Shown here: one piece after another, positions 23,492 to 36,191 of the stretch | How the letters are laid out: each line of letters starts with the position of its first letter | How positions within the stretch are numbered: position 1 is the stretch's first letter | From: Neophaeotheca triangularis | Taxonomy: Eukaryota | DNA length: 64,000 bases | Direction: 5' to 3' | NCBI GenBank assembly: GCA_054600435.1 | Contig: BAAIJX010000023.1 | Span: 186,001 to 250,000, forward strand | Position numbers and translations under genes: made by a program | Notes under the pieces: model-generated | Told to the model about the DNA's origin: nothing | The model's database searches: none | What the model saw: only the letters and a program-made list of their open reading frames with translations

Positions 23492-25299
23492 ATGTTGTTC
23501 CGTTGTTGCGAGGATTGGGGATTGTGTGTTTTGCGCGGGTTCGGATGGGATGGGAGGCTTGGTGTTTTGGTGATGATGGCTGGCTGGCTGGCGTTTCTTG
23601 GGGAGCGCTGTGGGTTTTGGTTTGTGGGCGGAGATCTCTGTGTGTATTATTTACCCCTAACCGCTTGTACCATTGTCAGACTGGACTGGCGCGGGTACCA
23701 TGTTGGGCTGCCGTTTGGAGGTGAAGGCTGCGCTTTCCTCTCCGCAACATGAGGGAAAATTTGGGAATTTGGCAATGAGATTAGCGACGCAATGGGCTAA
23801 ATACCGAGGGACACGTGGATTTTGCAGATGGGACTCGGGAAATGAAAACTTGGAATTCTGAAGAGAGGCGAAGCAGCATGTACACACGGAACCATGTCTT
23901 TCAAAGCCCCCTTTTCCTTCCTGCTTTCTTTTCCCTTCTCCATCAGGAATACTCCCTAGGGGCAAGGGAAACAAACGCTTATGTATCGAGAGCATGCACA
24001 GCATGGCGGGTATCGTCGTAAGGGATGAGTGGAGGTTGGGTAACAAGCACACTTCACATTTCATTTGTTCCCCAGACTCGACGAGATCTCTCGCGGTGTA
24101 GTTAAAGCGTGGAGACTCTCAAAAGCAATCAAAACACGCCTCTATGCATGCTGATACCGCATAGCCCCTTTTTCACTTCATCAACAACTCTGCGTCCTTC
24201 GCTGGCTGGCTGTGAACCATCATGCAACCCCCCTGAGACCGTCAAGAGGTGTCGCGACGCGTCTAGAGAGCGATAGCCAATGGCAGAGTCTTCATCAAGA
24301 TTTCCAGGCCGCGTCGAACGGCTGCTGTGTTGTTTTTTTACTCTGGCTACGGATCGTTCGATCGCTCCTCTGGCAAGCAATTTCCCCTCTGGACTCCACT
24401 CCATACCACGACAGAGCAGAGTAGAGCAGAGCAGTTTCACAAAGCTCGAACGACATCCCCCGATCCTCACACAGCGGCCTCTACCCCAACACCTCATTCT
24501 TGATTTGCGATGCCCCCTTTTGCAGCAGCAATAGCGACCTCGGGCTTTGCTCAACCTCAAAAATCGCACACGGCCTCGGCGCAGCGTCGATCCCGACCTT
24601 GTGGTGATTTGGAGTCTGCCTGGTCACTTGAAGAGATGAGACCGCGCAGCATACCGATACGTACGCCATACCCCCACACGGCCTGCGTCAGACCTCTTTC
24701 CCCACAGTGCTGAAGGGCGATCAGCACTCTTCCGGGACGTATCCACGAACTCCATGGGGTGCCAGCTCATACCCGTTTCCTCTCATGAACCCGATGGCGG
24801 AACGACAGTGGGTCTGCTGCAGCAGCACTGTCACATAGTCCATCACTGAAGCTGTTACTACAGCGACAATGGCAACGGCAGCAGCGGTCTATAGGTGGAT
24901 TTTGGAAGCGGTCCTTGGCACGAATGTAGGATAATTGGGCACGGCGTTATGCTGTGATGACCCTTCATAGAGCAACGGTTGGGCATTGGGAACTCTCGCG
25001 TCGTAGACTTGGATGAGAGATGTGATGACAGACGCAGCGAAGGGTGCCGTGGATGATCCACCGCTCATTCTCGATCGTGAATATAGGCTTGGCAAAGCTA
25101 TGGGTCGTGACTGCCACTTTGATGCAGATACCGTAAAGCAGACCTTGAACCGGTTATGCAACCCTTTCCGAACGCCTTATCGTAAACGAGCACTTTGTGC
25201 TCTCGCGCGAAATGAGCTTCGCAACTGAGCGGGTCGCCTCCAAGAGGCACGGTGGCTCCCTTTTCGCTTCCGGACCATACCATGCCTCCGCAAGTCGCC

Positions 25300-26217
25300 C
25301 TAGATGGCCGTGCCTCTTTCGAAGCTCTTCTTTATATCGGCAGTATACTTATCGTAGAACCTCGCCAGCTTCTGGTTGAATTGTTTGTTCTTCTCGTTAA
25401 TGAAGGAGACATCGCCGTCACCCTCATCCTCAATCCCCCTGGCCTTGCGCTTCTTCAAACGAATCTCCTCCGCCTTCTTGATATCCCCAACCAAGCGATC
25501 GACAGCAGCCTTATCGGGCTTATTGTTGACAAACCCCGTGCTCTCAGCCGTACTGTAGAAGCTCCCGTTGCGATCCACTGCAATCAGCTCCCCATCCTCG
25601 GCCTCCACGAGCTCCACCTCGCCAGATTTAATCCGCTTCTCCATCATCTCGCGCTTGTCCTGCTCATAGCGCTCCAACCGCTCCTTGTCCCCACCCGCGC
25701 GATTCATCTGCTTCAGCTGCCGCTCATACACCTTGTTGGCCTCCTGGGTATAGTCGGAGAACGCGACGCCCTGCCTAGCAGCCTCCTTCTCCGCCATACG
25801 CTCGTCCCACTTCTCCGACTCATCCACGGTCCAGTCCCACGCGCGCTTGCGCTCGAAATCCTCGCCCGCGGCTTCCGTGTCCGCTTTGAGCAGTTTGTGC
25901 TGCGCGACGTCACGTTTGCGGGTTATGGCGGTCAGCTGGGAAGGGTCGGTTGCGGCGCGCTTGGACTCGTTTTGCGTTTCTCTGCGATTGTCTTTTTTGG
26001 ACTGTTTCGCGCGGGCTTGGGCGGCGGCGAAGCGTTCGCGCATGGATTCACTGGCTGATTTGGGCTTCGTCGAGGTAGATAATTCTTCGTTCGTGGTAGT
26101 TGGGGCGACTGAAGACTCGGTTGCCGTTGGCGCGCCCTCTGCGGTTTCGACGTCGGCGGCATGGCGCTTAGAGTTGTCGGACTCTTCGTCTAGGCTGGGG
26201 GATCCTTTGCGCTTCAT
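25300..26217 (-). CDS. SYF2: Pre-mRNA splicing factor SYF2 (NTC component)
   Basis: RKRAWDWTVDESEKWD, DVSFINEKNKQFNQKLARFYDKYT and C-terminal FERGTAI*; ATG at 26217 in ACC context. Confidence 0.95.
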   Translation of the reverse strand: MKRKGSPSLDEESDNSKRHAADVETAEGAPTATESSVAPTTTNEELSTSTKPKSASESMRERFAAAQARAKQSKKDNRRETQNESKRAATDPSQLTAITRKRDVAQHKLLKADTEAAGEDFERKRAWDWTVDESEKWDERMAEKEAARQGVAFSDYTQEANKVYERQLKQMNRAGGDKERLERYEQDKREMMEKRIKSGEVELVEAEDGELIAVDRNGSFYSTAESTGFVNNKPDKAAVDRLVGDIKKAEEIRLKKRKARGIEDEGDGDVSFINEKNKQFNQKLARFYDKYTADIKKSFERGTAI

Positions 26218-27029
26218 GGTGAATTTAGAATGTGTGGCCTCAAGCGCAGTGAAGACGTCAGACTTGGAAGATGTGTTTGAGCAAAGATGAACAAAAGTGA
26301 GAAGCGTCACGGCCTAGGAAGGGAACCTGAATATACACCTGGCGGGCTTTCTTCGGCTAAAGCCTACACAGCACTAGACTGATTCAGCAAGCATACTGTA
26401 GTCTTAGATTCGCAACCATGAATACCATGCGTAGATGCTCGAATAACGCTTCCGGGAATCTATAGAATAATCCCTTACACGAGACGGTAGCAAACGATCA
26501 GCACTGTCCAAGCTGACATCTCCACTTCCCTCCTCGCCTTACATAACAAGACAAGATACCCTCTCCAGGAATACTAAAAAGTCTCACAAGTCCACAATGG
26601 GTTCGATTCCGGCAGCCGGGGGTCGCTATAGTACAAAAGGGGGGTGGTACAAATTATCCCGTCCGATAGTTGGTTCGTGTGGCTCGTTCGTCGATTCCTC
26701 GCTTCAAGACCTCCCCTTCGTCGAGACCGAAAGGGTCCCTCCCCTTTCACACAATCCCGCCTCCTATGCAAGTATGCAAGTGTGTCCGTCGCTAAATGCA
26801 ACAGAGCCTCGTTTGTCTTTCTCTCTCTTTCTCTCTCTCTCTGACAAGCCCGGCCTGAGAGCAAGCGTAGACCAAATGCCGTGGGGATCAACAAGATGCC
26901 CTGGACAAGCGTCGGTGTGTCGTGGCTGTCTGGGCAACTCTCGCCCGAAATCCCCCATGCTTACTCATCTCGACAGCTTTCCGCTTCTCTGCCCTCCTCT
27001 CGTCATCGTGTCCAAACTGAACTTCCCCT

Positions 27030-29900
27030 TCAACCTCTCATTCTCTCGTACAGAAGGATATAAGCAACCTTATTATCCTTAACTCCCTCCTTACGTGCGG
27101 GCCCCTGCTGCTGCTGCTGCTGCTGCGGTGTCCTCTTCCCGCCTGTAGCAGGGGTGGCCGTACCTGCGCTGCTCACACCAGGCGCCAAGCCCGCCGCCCA
27201 ACTGCTCTTGCTCCTATGACCTCCAGCACCACCAACGCCATTGGCGCCGTGCCCATTGACTTCGCTCCAGGGCTTCTCCTCCTCAGGCTCTCTTTCCGCC
27301 TCATCGAGACCTTCGTACATGTTGGCGACGCCATTGGCTGCGCGTTGAGCTTTAAGGTCCATGTCCGCTTTGTGCTGTTCAAGAGCTTTGGCGAGGATTT
27401 TAGGGTCTTCTTCGCTGCCTCCTTCCGCCACTTCTTCGCTGCGGATGCGGCGGATGAGCGTGTCATCCATACGGACCCACTCGCGACCGTCTTGGCGGAG
27501 CACGTCTACGGTGTAATGGCCGCCGGCCGCGGATTTCCCATGGTGGTAGACGACGCCTGTGAGTTTGTATTTGGGCTGTCCGCCTTTAACGGCAAGGGCG
27601 CCGCGTTTCGCCGTAGGGAAGACTTCCTTGGGGATTTCGAGCTCGAGCGGGTAGCCCACCTTCTTCCAGATCTTTTGCGTGCCGGTCATGGTGTTGTCAT
27701 ATTGGAAGCGCTTGAGATGAAGGACCAGGACAGGGGGTAGTGTGTCAATGAAGACTTGTTTCTTGGCAGTCGTACCCCGGCCGCCAAAGTCACCGGTCAG
27801 AGTCTCTGTGCGAGTAATGCTCTTCAGGGCGTCGACGATGTTGTTGACGTGGCTAGCTCCAATATCCAGTTGAAGAGGCTTGTAGGGCTCCAAAGTCACG
27901 GAATCCTTAAGCCCAGGCACACGGAGTTCTGATCGTAGGTGGCCACCAAATATCTTGGTGATTGGTGTTGGTGCATCTTCACCACCGGAATGGCGAGTCA
28001 CAGACGATTTCTGCTTCGGCCCAACTTCGAGCCAGCCATCTGCGCCCGTGGGCGAAGTGACCTCTGGCTCGGCTGGTGTGGTCTCAGGCTGGCCAGCCAT
28101 GACACCCATACATTCATCGTGAAGGCCTTCGAGGAAAAAACCGAGGAATTCCTCAGCATCCTGCTGTTGTCCACGCTGTATGTGCGTGAGTATAGGAGCG
28201 TTCAATGTGTCAATGCAATTCTTTACTCACCCTCATCGAAGAAAATCTAGGAAGCTTCCTCACAACATCGTACACGTATTCGGGCGTGACTGAATCCCCG
28301 TACTGCTCAAGAGTTTGTTGACTGAGTTTCGAGCGCAATTGCTCTGCCGATTCGGCCTCAGCAAGAACCTTGAATTCCCTCATGAACATGATGGTAGCAT
28401 CGAGCAAAGGAGTTTCACTCTTCATCGACTGAACAGTGCGTTGTCGCACTTGATCAAGGAAATTATAAAAAGGCACACAAAAGGTAAGTACTTGCAGGAC
28501 CTAGTATCGATTAGCTTTGTTTGTTGGCGACAAAAAATGGCAGCGAAGCCTACCGAGTTCATGTAGCACATGTTTCCAGTGTTGACGAGCCCTCGAGGCT
28601 CAAGGAAAGAAAGGCTGGCATCGTTCTGAACGTTGTACTGGCGAAGGGCGTCGGTCAAGGATGCGCTCTTGGGGACACCATTTGTTGCTGTACCATTGAC
28701 CTGCACAGGAGCAGCAGATGCGGCTTGCTTTGAGCGGACGAGGTCTGCCCAAGATTTCGGTGCTGCAGGCTTGGGCGGCGTTGCTGGCCTTGTCTGCTCT
28801 TCGGATGTCTGCTGTGTCTGTGCTTTCTCTGGCTCGGTAGATGTGGGTGTCTTCTCTCCTTCGGGTAATTGCGCTTGCTCTTTTCCGCTGCCACTAGGTG
28901 AAGTCTTTTGCTTTGGCAGGTTGGGAATGTTTGGCACTGCTATCGCCGTTCGTGTGTCCCTTCTCGCATGTGTCTGTGTGGGTGTGGCTTTGGGGGAAGA
29001 AGCTTGCACCGTGGTCACGGGAGTCGAAACTTGGGTATCATCGCTCTCCGAAGGTGCATGGGATGTCGCTGGCGTCTCTGGTGCAGATGGCGCTGCAACA
29101 GTACTTGTCTCTGAAACCGCGTCCTCCGCTTTTTGTGTTCCTGCGGATGCTTCCGCTTCTTCACCAGCTGTGCTCGTCCTATTCGGTAGCGCAAGGACGT
29201 CGTTGGAGGTGTGAAGGGACTGGCGACGCTTGCGGCGGGTCGACGCACGTGGTGGGAAAGAGGTCGCGTTGGGGGAGTACCATGGTAGCTTTTCAGGATT
29301 AGCATGTTTTCAGTGAGTGAAGTTGGACTCGTGCCTTACAGTAGGGTAGAACGGTGTCTTATGCTCTGGTGGTAGTGATAGTGGACTCTGCGCAATAGAT
29401 TGTCGCCGTGATGGAGGAGCCGGTGGAGTAGCTTGCTTCGCTGGCATACTGGCTGGTGAAGGAGCGGATTGTATAGATGTTTGCGAATAGCCGCGCTGTG
29501 GCGGAGGTATAGGCCGAGGCGATTGAGCTATTTGCGGCTGGGTTGGAGGGTACATGGGCATGCGGTGTTGTGACATGGGTGTCATGCTTTGTTGGTGGTG
29601 GTGCTGAAGTGGCTGTGAGCTGACAACCATGGGACTTCGTGGCTGTTGGTAGGGCGTGTGCATCTGCTGAGGCGGGGGCGGGCCGTAATGCTGTGACTGG
29701 AAGTGATGAGGAGGTTGCTGCCATCTGGGTTGTGGGGGCGGATAGTATTGTCCCGGGTGAAAGTTGTTCGCGTACGGGTGCATGGGAGACTGCGGAGGAC
29801 CATGGTGGTATTGGTGGTAGGCCTGCCTTTGCTGATGCTGGTGCATTGGCATTGGGGGTTGATATTGGCCGGGACCGGGGGGCATGTGATTGTTCATCAT
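27030..29900 (-). CDS. UBP3: Ubiquitin C-terminal hydrolase, UBP3/USP10 family (exons 29900-29340, 29288-28554, 28500-28231, 28175-27030)
   Basis: Pro/Gln/His-rich N-terminus, LPWYS, PKSWADL, Cys box PRGLVNTGNMCYMNSVLQ, QQDAEEFL, LHLKRF, His box YHHGKSAAGGHYT and AYILLYER. Confidence 0.94.
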
Positions 29901-30845
29901 GGCGGCGGTGGTTGAGCACGAGGAGGAAAGTGCCTCCCCGTGGACGGCGCTGGCCTTGCTGGAGGCCTCGCGGATCGCCGTCTAATGGAAACTTCTAATG
30001 GCGGCGCGCATTGAATCAGACTCCTAACCAGGGGTATCGCTGGGTCTCTGTGCCTGATGTAGGCGTCTTGCGTGTTGGGGAGTATGCGGATGAAGTCGTC
30101 TCGTCCTCGAGCTTCAGGAAAATGTTCGGGACGTTCGGTTTCTCGTGACCGCTTCTGACAGCTCCAATTACTCAGCAGCAGCACCGCTACCTAGGCTAGG
30201 TAGGTACCTCTAGTTGCTCTAGATAGTTATCACGACGGCTTCCAGTACCTAACCTGACGAGTAGTACACAGGATGCCTGATATCATACCACTATCGGACG
30301 ATACCGACGGTTTGGAGGTAATGGACGAGGACTAGATCGAGATGAGGGCGAACATTGAGGATGCCATCAAACCACGCAGATCAAGGGAGGACCATGAATC
30401 TTGGCGCCGCTATCACCTATGTACAATGCTCCCACAGTAGTCATCTAGACGGTTACATAGGGATGATGCTGTCAAGACGGAGAAAGCATCCCGTTAGGCA
30501 TCTCGACGTTAATTAAAGAACGTATGACCTTTGGGCCCGAGGGGACCATGGCTTGCTTCCAAAGAGACCCGTATCAAGCTCACAAACCACATAATGTTGT
30601 CCGAGACGCTCCTCGCGACTAACGTGACCCGAGTTGAGAAGCCCTCTCTATGAACTAAAAGACCGCTTATTCTTCTCAGGTAAGGTATCGATCTCTAGAA
30701 ACACAGTACAGCAATGTAAGAGTTCCACACTCCAACCCGAACCCTAAGACAGTCACCTCAGATGTGGTAGGTATCTTCATCTCGTCTCGTTTCAACTTCA
30801 GCCAGCCAGCTCTCTACAGCTCAAGGTTCGCAATGCCCCTCATAC

Positions 30846-32333
30846 ATGGCCCCTTTCGAACCACCCTCGACCTCGCAATCCTCCCTTACCTCTTCCCGCT
30901 CCCGCCGTACATCTGAGCACCTCCACCCTTCTGACGCCGTCTACCTGAACTCCCCACCCCGCAAAACCGCCCGCCAACGCTCACCCTTGGGTCGCAGCGA
31001 TACCGTCACCACCGCCAGCGCCGGGATATCCGAAGCGCGCAAACAGCGATCCAAAAAACGCGGCCGCAGCTCCAGCCGTCGCCGTAACAATGGCGCTACT
31101 CACCGGCCTGCGCAATGGAAGAAGCTGTTGTGGGTGAAGCAGAGCTATCCCGACAATTACACGGATGAGGAGACCTTTCTAGATCACTTGCAGAGAAATC
31201 CGAGCTTGAGGCCGTATGAGTTTTGGCCGCTGGTTGCGGATAGTATGGTCATTGTACAGCATGTCTGTTCCGTAGTCATCTTCGTGTGCTGCTTTACGGG
31301 TATTCACGAGCAGAGGGTTGCGCCTGAGACCGTTGTGGGGTGGGCTACGCTAGGGACGGTGGCGGGCTGGGTTGTGAGGGATTATTGGCAGGGGAAAGAG
31401 GAAGCTGAAGCCGCGGAGGCAGAGGCAGAGGCGGAGAAGGCTAGAGGAGAGACTGCAAAGGTGGAAGCCGAGGACGATGAAAAGGAGAGTCTAGCTAGCA
31501 CGGCAGGCTCTGTAGACGCAACTCTACTCGGGCTCAAAGAAGGCGCTTTCACGTCGGCACCACCAATCGCCGCGAATATGGCAACACCAGCAGTCTCGCG
31601 AGCACACTCACGCAATCCAAGCGCAAACTCGACCTCCTTCCCCCCCGCAAATCCTCCCTCCTACGCCGACGGCCTGGACCTCGAAACCATCGTCCCCCGG
31701 AGCAACGCTTACATACCACCCTGGGACGGTGCACCCTCTGCCTTCTCCCCACGAACACAAGAACGCCTGGCAACAGCCAAATCCGCACTCCTCATCTACT
31801 GCTCGCTGCTAGGCCTCTCCCCAATCCTCAAATCCCTCACCAAATCCACCACCCCTGACAGCATCTGGGCCCTAAGCAGCTGGCTAATGGGCATCAATGT
31901 TTTCACATTCGACTACGGCGCGGGTCCCGAAGCCAAATTCCCGGCCTCCCTATCCACCAATGCCGCCCTCATGGCCAGCACAGTGCTCGCCTCCCGCCTA
32001 CCGAGCACCACGCACGTCTTCTCTCTCACCCTCTTCAGCATCGAGGTCTTCGGCCTCTTCCCCGTCTTCCGCCGGCACTTGCGGGCGAAATCCTGGACTG
32101 GGCACGTCTACTTGACCGCCGCGCTGGTCGCCAGCTCAGGGTGGAGTTTAGCCATCATTGTTAGTGGGGGCGGGTATGGGTGGGGGATTTTCGGCGCTGT
32201 AGTGGGAGCGCTGGTGACGGCTATGGCTATGGGGCTTTGCTCTTGGTGGCTTATTGGGTTGCAGAGGTATAAGAATGAGATACACGGGCCTTGGGATCCG
32301 GCTAGGCCAGTTATTCGGCGGCATTGGGATTGA
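30846..32333 (+). CDS. GPI2: GPI-GlcNAc transferase subunit PIG-C
   Basis: WKKLLWVKQSYPDNYTD, LSPILKSLTKST..DSIWA, STNAALMASTVLASRL and YKNEIHGPWDPA motifs; multiple hydrophobic segments. Confidence 0.95.
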   Translation: MAPFEPPSTSQSSLTSSRSRRTSEHLHPSDAVYLNSPPRKTARQRSPLGRSDTVTTASAGISEARKQRSKKRGRSSSRRRNNGATHRPAQWKKLLWVKQSYPDNYTDEETFLDHLQRNPSLRPYEFWPLVADSMVIVQHVCSVVIFVCCFTGIHEQRVAPETVVGWATLGTVAGWVVRDYWQGKEEAEAAEAEAEAEKARGETAKVEAEDDEKESLASTAGSVDATLLGLKEGAFTSAPPIAANMATPAVSRAHSRNPSANSTSFPPANPPSYADGLDLETIVPRSNAYIPPWDGAPSAFSPRTQERLATAKSALLIYCSLLGLSPILKSLTKSTTPDSIWALSSWLMGINVFTFDYGAGPEAKFPASLSTNAALMASTVLASRLPSTTHVFSLTLFSIEVFGLFPVFRRHLRAKSWTGHVYLTAALVASSGWSLAIIVSGGGYGWGIFGAVVGALVTAMAMGLCSWWLIGLQRYKNEIHGPWDPARPVIRRHWD

Positions 32334-33599
32334 AACGATAGATACGTAATCACATAAGAAATCAACGATTGCTTTTGGGGTGATATTATCGCGAGTCAAG
32401 TCCAGGACTCTATAATCTTGCCGCCAACAAGTTACGGCTGTCTGCAGAAGGCTAAGCTATCAGAGTCGCAGTCAGGTCCTCTATAACTATAGGTACTCTT
32501 CACGAATTTACAGCCAGCACAGCCCTTAGCCGCACCGGTCGACGCAATATTCTCTGAAGTATGTGCAACTTCTCGACTCAGGGCTGTTTGGATGGCAGCG
32601 GTGCCGTCAACAATAATTTGTCCGGCTGATTGATACCTTTACCACGAGCTTCGAAGGAATCCCCTCCAAGGACGGCGGCCCACTCGAGGTCGTCGAGTCG
32701 AGTAATGTGTACAATGGTAGGTACGGAGTTACCACTACTACCTCACCATGCATTCCCCCCGCTTGGATTCTTGAAGTCAGGTATCGCGCCCGTGGCCCCG
32801 CGGCGCTCTCAATGGAAATGTGATGATGTGCAGGTAAGCTCGAAATACGAGAGGCGGAAAGCGAGATTGTCAATTAGCGACCACGGCGTGCCTGTGACTA
32901 TCCAACGCCCCCCGTCCAGCCACCCGCGTCTGCCCTGGCTCGGTAAATGGCACGCGCATCACGCGTAGATGGTGGTGCCATGAGTGTGGTAAAGTGGAAG
33001 TTCGGCTGCAAGAACTGGTGCACTCTCGTTTCGGCAGCCTGGCTCGGCTTTGGCAAGGAAGCCTTTTGCTCAATATTATTGTCGACCTTCTATGCATGTC
33101 GACGCCGGGTTGCGGAAGTTATGAGTTTGGAGATCAGGTGATGTTGAGTTATAGTATCTTTTTTACGCCACCAACACGGCTGATCGCAAATGCCGCATCA
33201 CGCTTCCTGCAGCCATTCACGATGGTGGCGCATACTTCCACACGATATCGACACGCGAGGCCGTTCTTTTGCGAGTTGATGCTTGCCGGCTTCCGAGACT
33301 ACTGGCACACTTCCCGTGCAATGCTCCAGTTAAGCTTGTATGAGAACAAGATCATGGTCATCACGTGCGGATGGCTCTTGCAGGGAAAGCCAAACGGTAT
33401 AGCAAGCACGTGATAGGCCGATGGGGCGGGCCACTCCACTCAAACATTCTTGTCATTCGAACACGACCCGCACAAATCTCTGAGCGTTGACATCACTGGG
33501 CAGGATCAAGTCACCTACTCCACGTCCGTGAAAGCTTGCCCGCTTCCGTACGGGCCAAGAGCCAACCGACTAAAGATCAAACCGCCAGTTGGGGCTTGG

Positions 33600-33678
33600 G
33601 TGGAGTCTCGGCGACGGTGTGGGCCCCCGTACGGGGTGGAGGGGACGTCTGTGGCAGGTGGAGGGAGGCAGTATAAAG
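33600..33678 (+). promoter_or_regulatory. Sugar-transporter core promoter: three SYGGRG (CreA/Mig1-type) boxes and a TATAAA
   Basis: GTGGAG at 33600, 33636 and 33658; TATAAA at 33673, about 115 bp before the ATG. Confidence 0.45.
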
Positions 33679-33788
33679 ATCTCAGCCAGCCCCTGCCATC
33701 CGTTTCCCAGTCGTCTCCTCCCCTTCTGCTACATCTCGACCTCTTTGACCCGGCACCTGAGACGACTGGGTCTCACTATACCGGCATC

Positions 33789-35511
33789 ATGTATACCATC
33801 ACGAACATCTACGTTCTAGCCGCCTTCGGCACGATCGGAGGCGCGCTGTTCGGGTTTGATATCAGGTATGTTGTCTTGTTGAAGGACACGAGACGGAGCG
33901 CAGTCGCTTACATTGATGGGCAGTTCTATGTCGGCATGGGTTGACGCCGACCAATACCGCGACTACTTCAACACCCCGGACGCTAATCTGCAAGGGCTCA
34001 TCACCGGTCTGATGAGTATCGGTTCCTTCATCGGTGCGCTCGCTGCAGGCTTTATCGCGGACAGGCTCGGCAGAAAGATGGCACTTTCCATTGCATCTGT
34101 TATCTGGGTTATCGGTGCCGTGCTGCAATGCTCAGCCCAGAATGTTGCGCACTTGATCGTCGGACGCGTAGTCAGTGGTCTGGCCATCGGTATCACGTCC
34201 AGCCAGGTCTGCGTCTATCTCGCGGAACTGGCCCCGGGTGCCATCCGTGGACGCATTGTCGGACTGCAGCAATGGGCTATCGAATGGGGTATTCTGTGAG
34301 TTCGTTCCAATCTCAGACTGATCGGTTAAACCGCTAATACATCTCTAGTATCATGTACCTCATCTGCTATGGCTGCACGTTCGTTGACGGACCTGCCTCT
34401 TTCCGCATCGCCTGGGGTGTGCAAGGCATTCCCGGTTTCATTCTTTTCGGTGCCCTCTTTTTCTTTCCTGAATCCCCTCGATGGCTAGCTGGCCAAGAAC
34501 GTTGGGAGGAATGCTTAAAGACCCTCGCCGATCTCCACGCAAAGGGCGACGAGTACGACCCAAAAGTACAAGCGGAATACGAAGAAGTCAAGGAAGCGGT
34601 CCGCATCGCCGCCGAGTCTAGCGAGCTCTCTGTCCTTGGTCTTTTCGGAAAGAACATGTGGTGGCGGACGATGTGCGGTATGACCGTGCAAATGTGGCAG
34701 CAACTCCTCGGCGGCAATGTCGCAATGTATTACATTGTCTACGTCTTCCGCATGGCAGGTCTTGACAGCGGCGCCAGTCTCTACAGCGCCATCATCCAAT
34801 ACGTCATCTTCCTTGTCACCACGGGCGGCATCCTGCCTTTTATCGACAAGTTTTCTCGCCGCCACTTGCTGATGGGAGGTGCTATCGCTTGCTGCATCAT
34901 CCATTTCATCATTGCAGCTCTCATGGCCAGTTATGGCTACGAGGTATCTGACATAGGAGGCAACGAAAACCTGACCTGGATTCTCCGTGATGATGCTGGC
35001 GACGAGTCTAGGGCCATCATCGCTCTCTCCTACATCTTCGTAGGCATCTACGGTTTCACTTGGGCACCAATCGGCTGGATCTACTGCTCCGAAGTCTTCC
35101 CCTTGAAATGGAGAGCCAAGGGCGTCGGTCTCTCCGCCGCCACCAACTGGGTAAGCAAAAACTGCTCTCAAACAAATCTCAAGACCCCACCACTAACCCG
35201 CTCCCAAGATCTTCAACTTCGCCCTCGCCTACTTCGTCTCCCCAGCCTTCACCAACATCCAATGGCGTACCTATATCATCTTTGGCGTCTTCTGCTTCGT
35301 CATGACCTTCCAAATTTTCTTCACCTACCCAGAGACCCGCGGCAAGACTCTCGAAGAGATCGACCTCATTTTCGACAAGAAGGTCCGCCCGTGGCGCAGC
35401 GCCAATGTCACCACCGACTACGCCGACCGTGTTGCCGCTATCGAGGGCAAGCAAGGTAGCGTTGATGACGGCGACAAGACCGGGCGTCAGGAGCACAAGG
35501 AGGATGTCTAG
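33789..35511 (+). CDS. HGT1: MFS sugar porter, high-affinity glucose transporter HGT1-like (exons 33789-33865, 33924-34295, 34349-35150, 35209-35511)
   Basis: GGALFGFDISSMS, DRLGRK, YLAELAP, PESPRWL, WQQLLGGNVAMYY, YCSEVFPLKWRAKG and YPETRGKTLEEID; three canonical introns. Confidence 0.92.
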
Positions 35512-36167
35512 ATGGACTCTCTGTCTTTGGGTTGTTTGCGAGAGAAGCGTGATCAAAGGAACGCTCCGCCTGTCCTTTCTTAGTGTAGCCTCAGAGTTAG
35601 TGCACACTATCATGACCGCTTCGGACTACACCAGCTCTTCATAACTATGTCTCTTAAAACCTTGACTCTGTACAACCAAGTCCGACTTGTGTCGACTTTC
35701 TACTTGTCGTTCAAGAGCAGAAGTCCGGCGAAGACAAAGCTCTTTGAAACTCTTCGATACACCTCATCAATACCAAGTCCCGACGTCCAATATATACCGC
35801 AACACACCACCGCCCCTTATTCGCACGCCTGACACGCATTAGGAAGTACAACTGCCAGAAGCCTACACATACACCCACACCCCTCTTATCCCCAGAGCCA
35901 GCGCAAACTTATATAGATATAGACAACAAACACAGACAGGGCACAAGCCGCAGCGCTTCCTTACCCAGCACCCCAGCCATCGACCACCCCGCTAACCCAT
36001 AGCACAAAAGACGAGCCGAGAACTCTCTCAACAGCCCAAACCATCCTACCAACCAAATTCCCCTCTGGGAGGGGCGGAGGGTGGTAGTGCTCTTGTCGGC
36101 TTTATGGCTCTCACCTGGCTCTGGGCGGGGGTAGTGGGGTGCCTTGAGTTAGCTGAGGGAGAGGGAA

Positions 36168-36191
36168 GGGGAGGGGAGGGGAGGGGAGGGA
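36168..36191 (+). repeat. (GGGGA)n pentanucleotide repeat with G-quadruplex potential
   Basis: GGGGA x4 plus GGGA, in the intergenic region between two convergent genes. Confidence 0.75.

Noticed and set aside
24200..25250. GC-balanced region with short ORFs between the reductase and SYF2
   Set aside because: No ORF chain, codon bias or motif supports a gene; it may be a remnant.
25252..26058. 268-aa + strand ORF antisense to SYF2, and similar shadows over SEC21, the sugar porter, MET16 and the 40-42 kb gene
   Set aside because: Fully explained by the real genes on the opposite strand.
26596..26615. GGTTCGATTCC tRNA T-loop/B-box-like motif
   Set aside because: The flanks do not form a T-stem, and I can see no D-arm, anticodon arm or acceptor stem.
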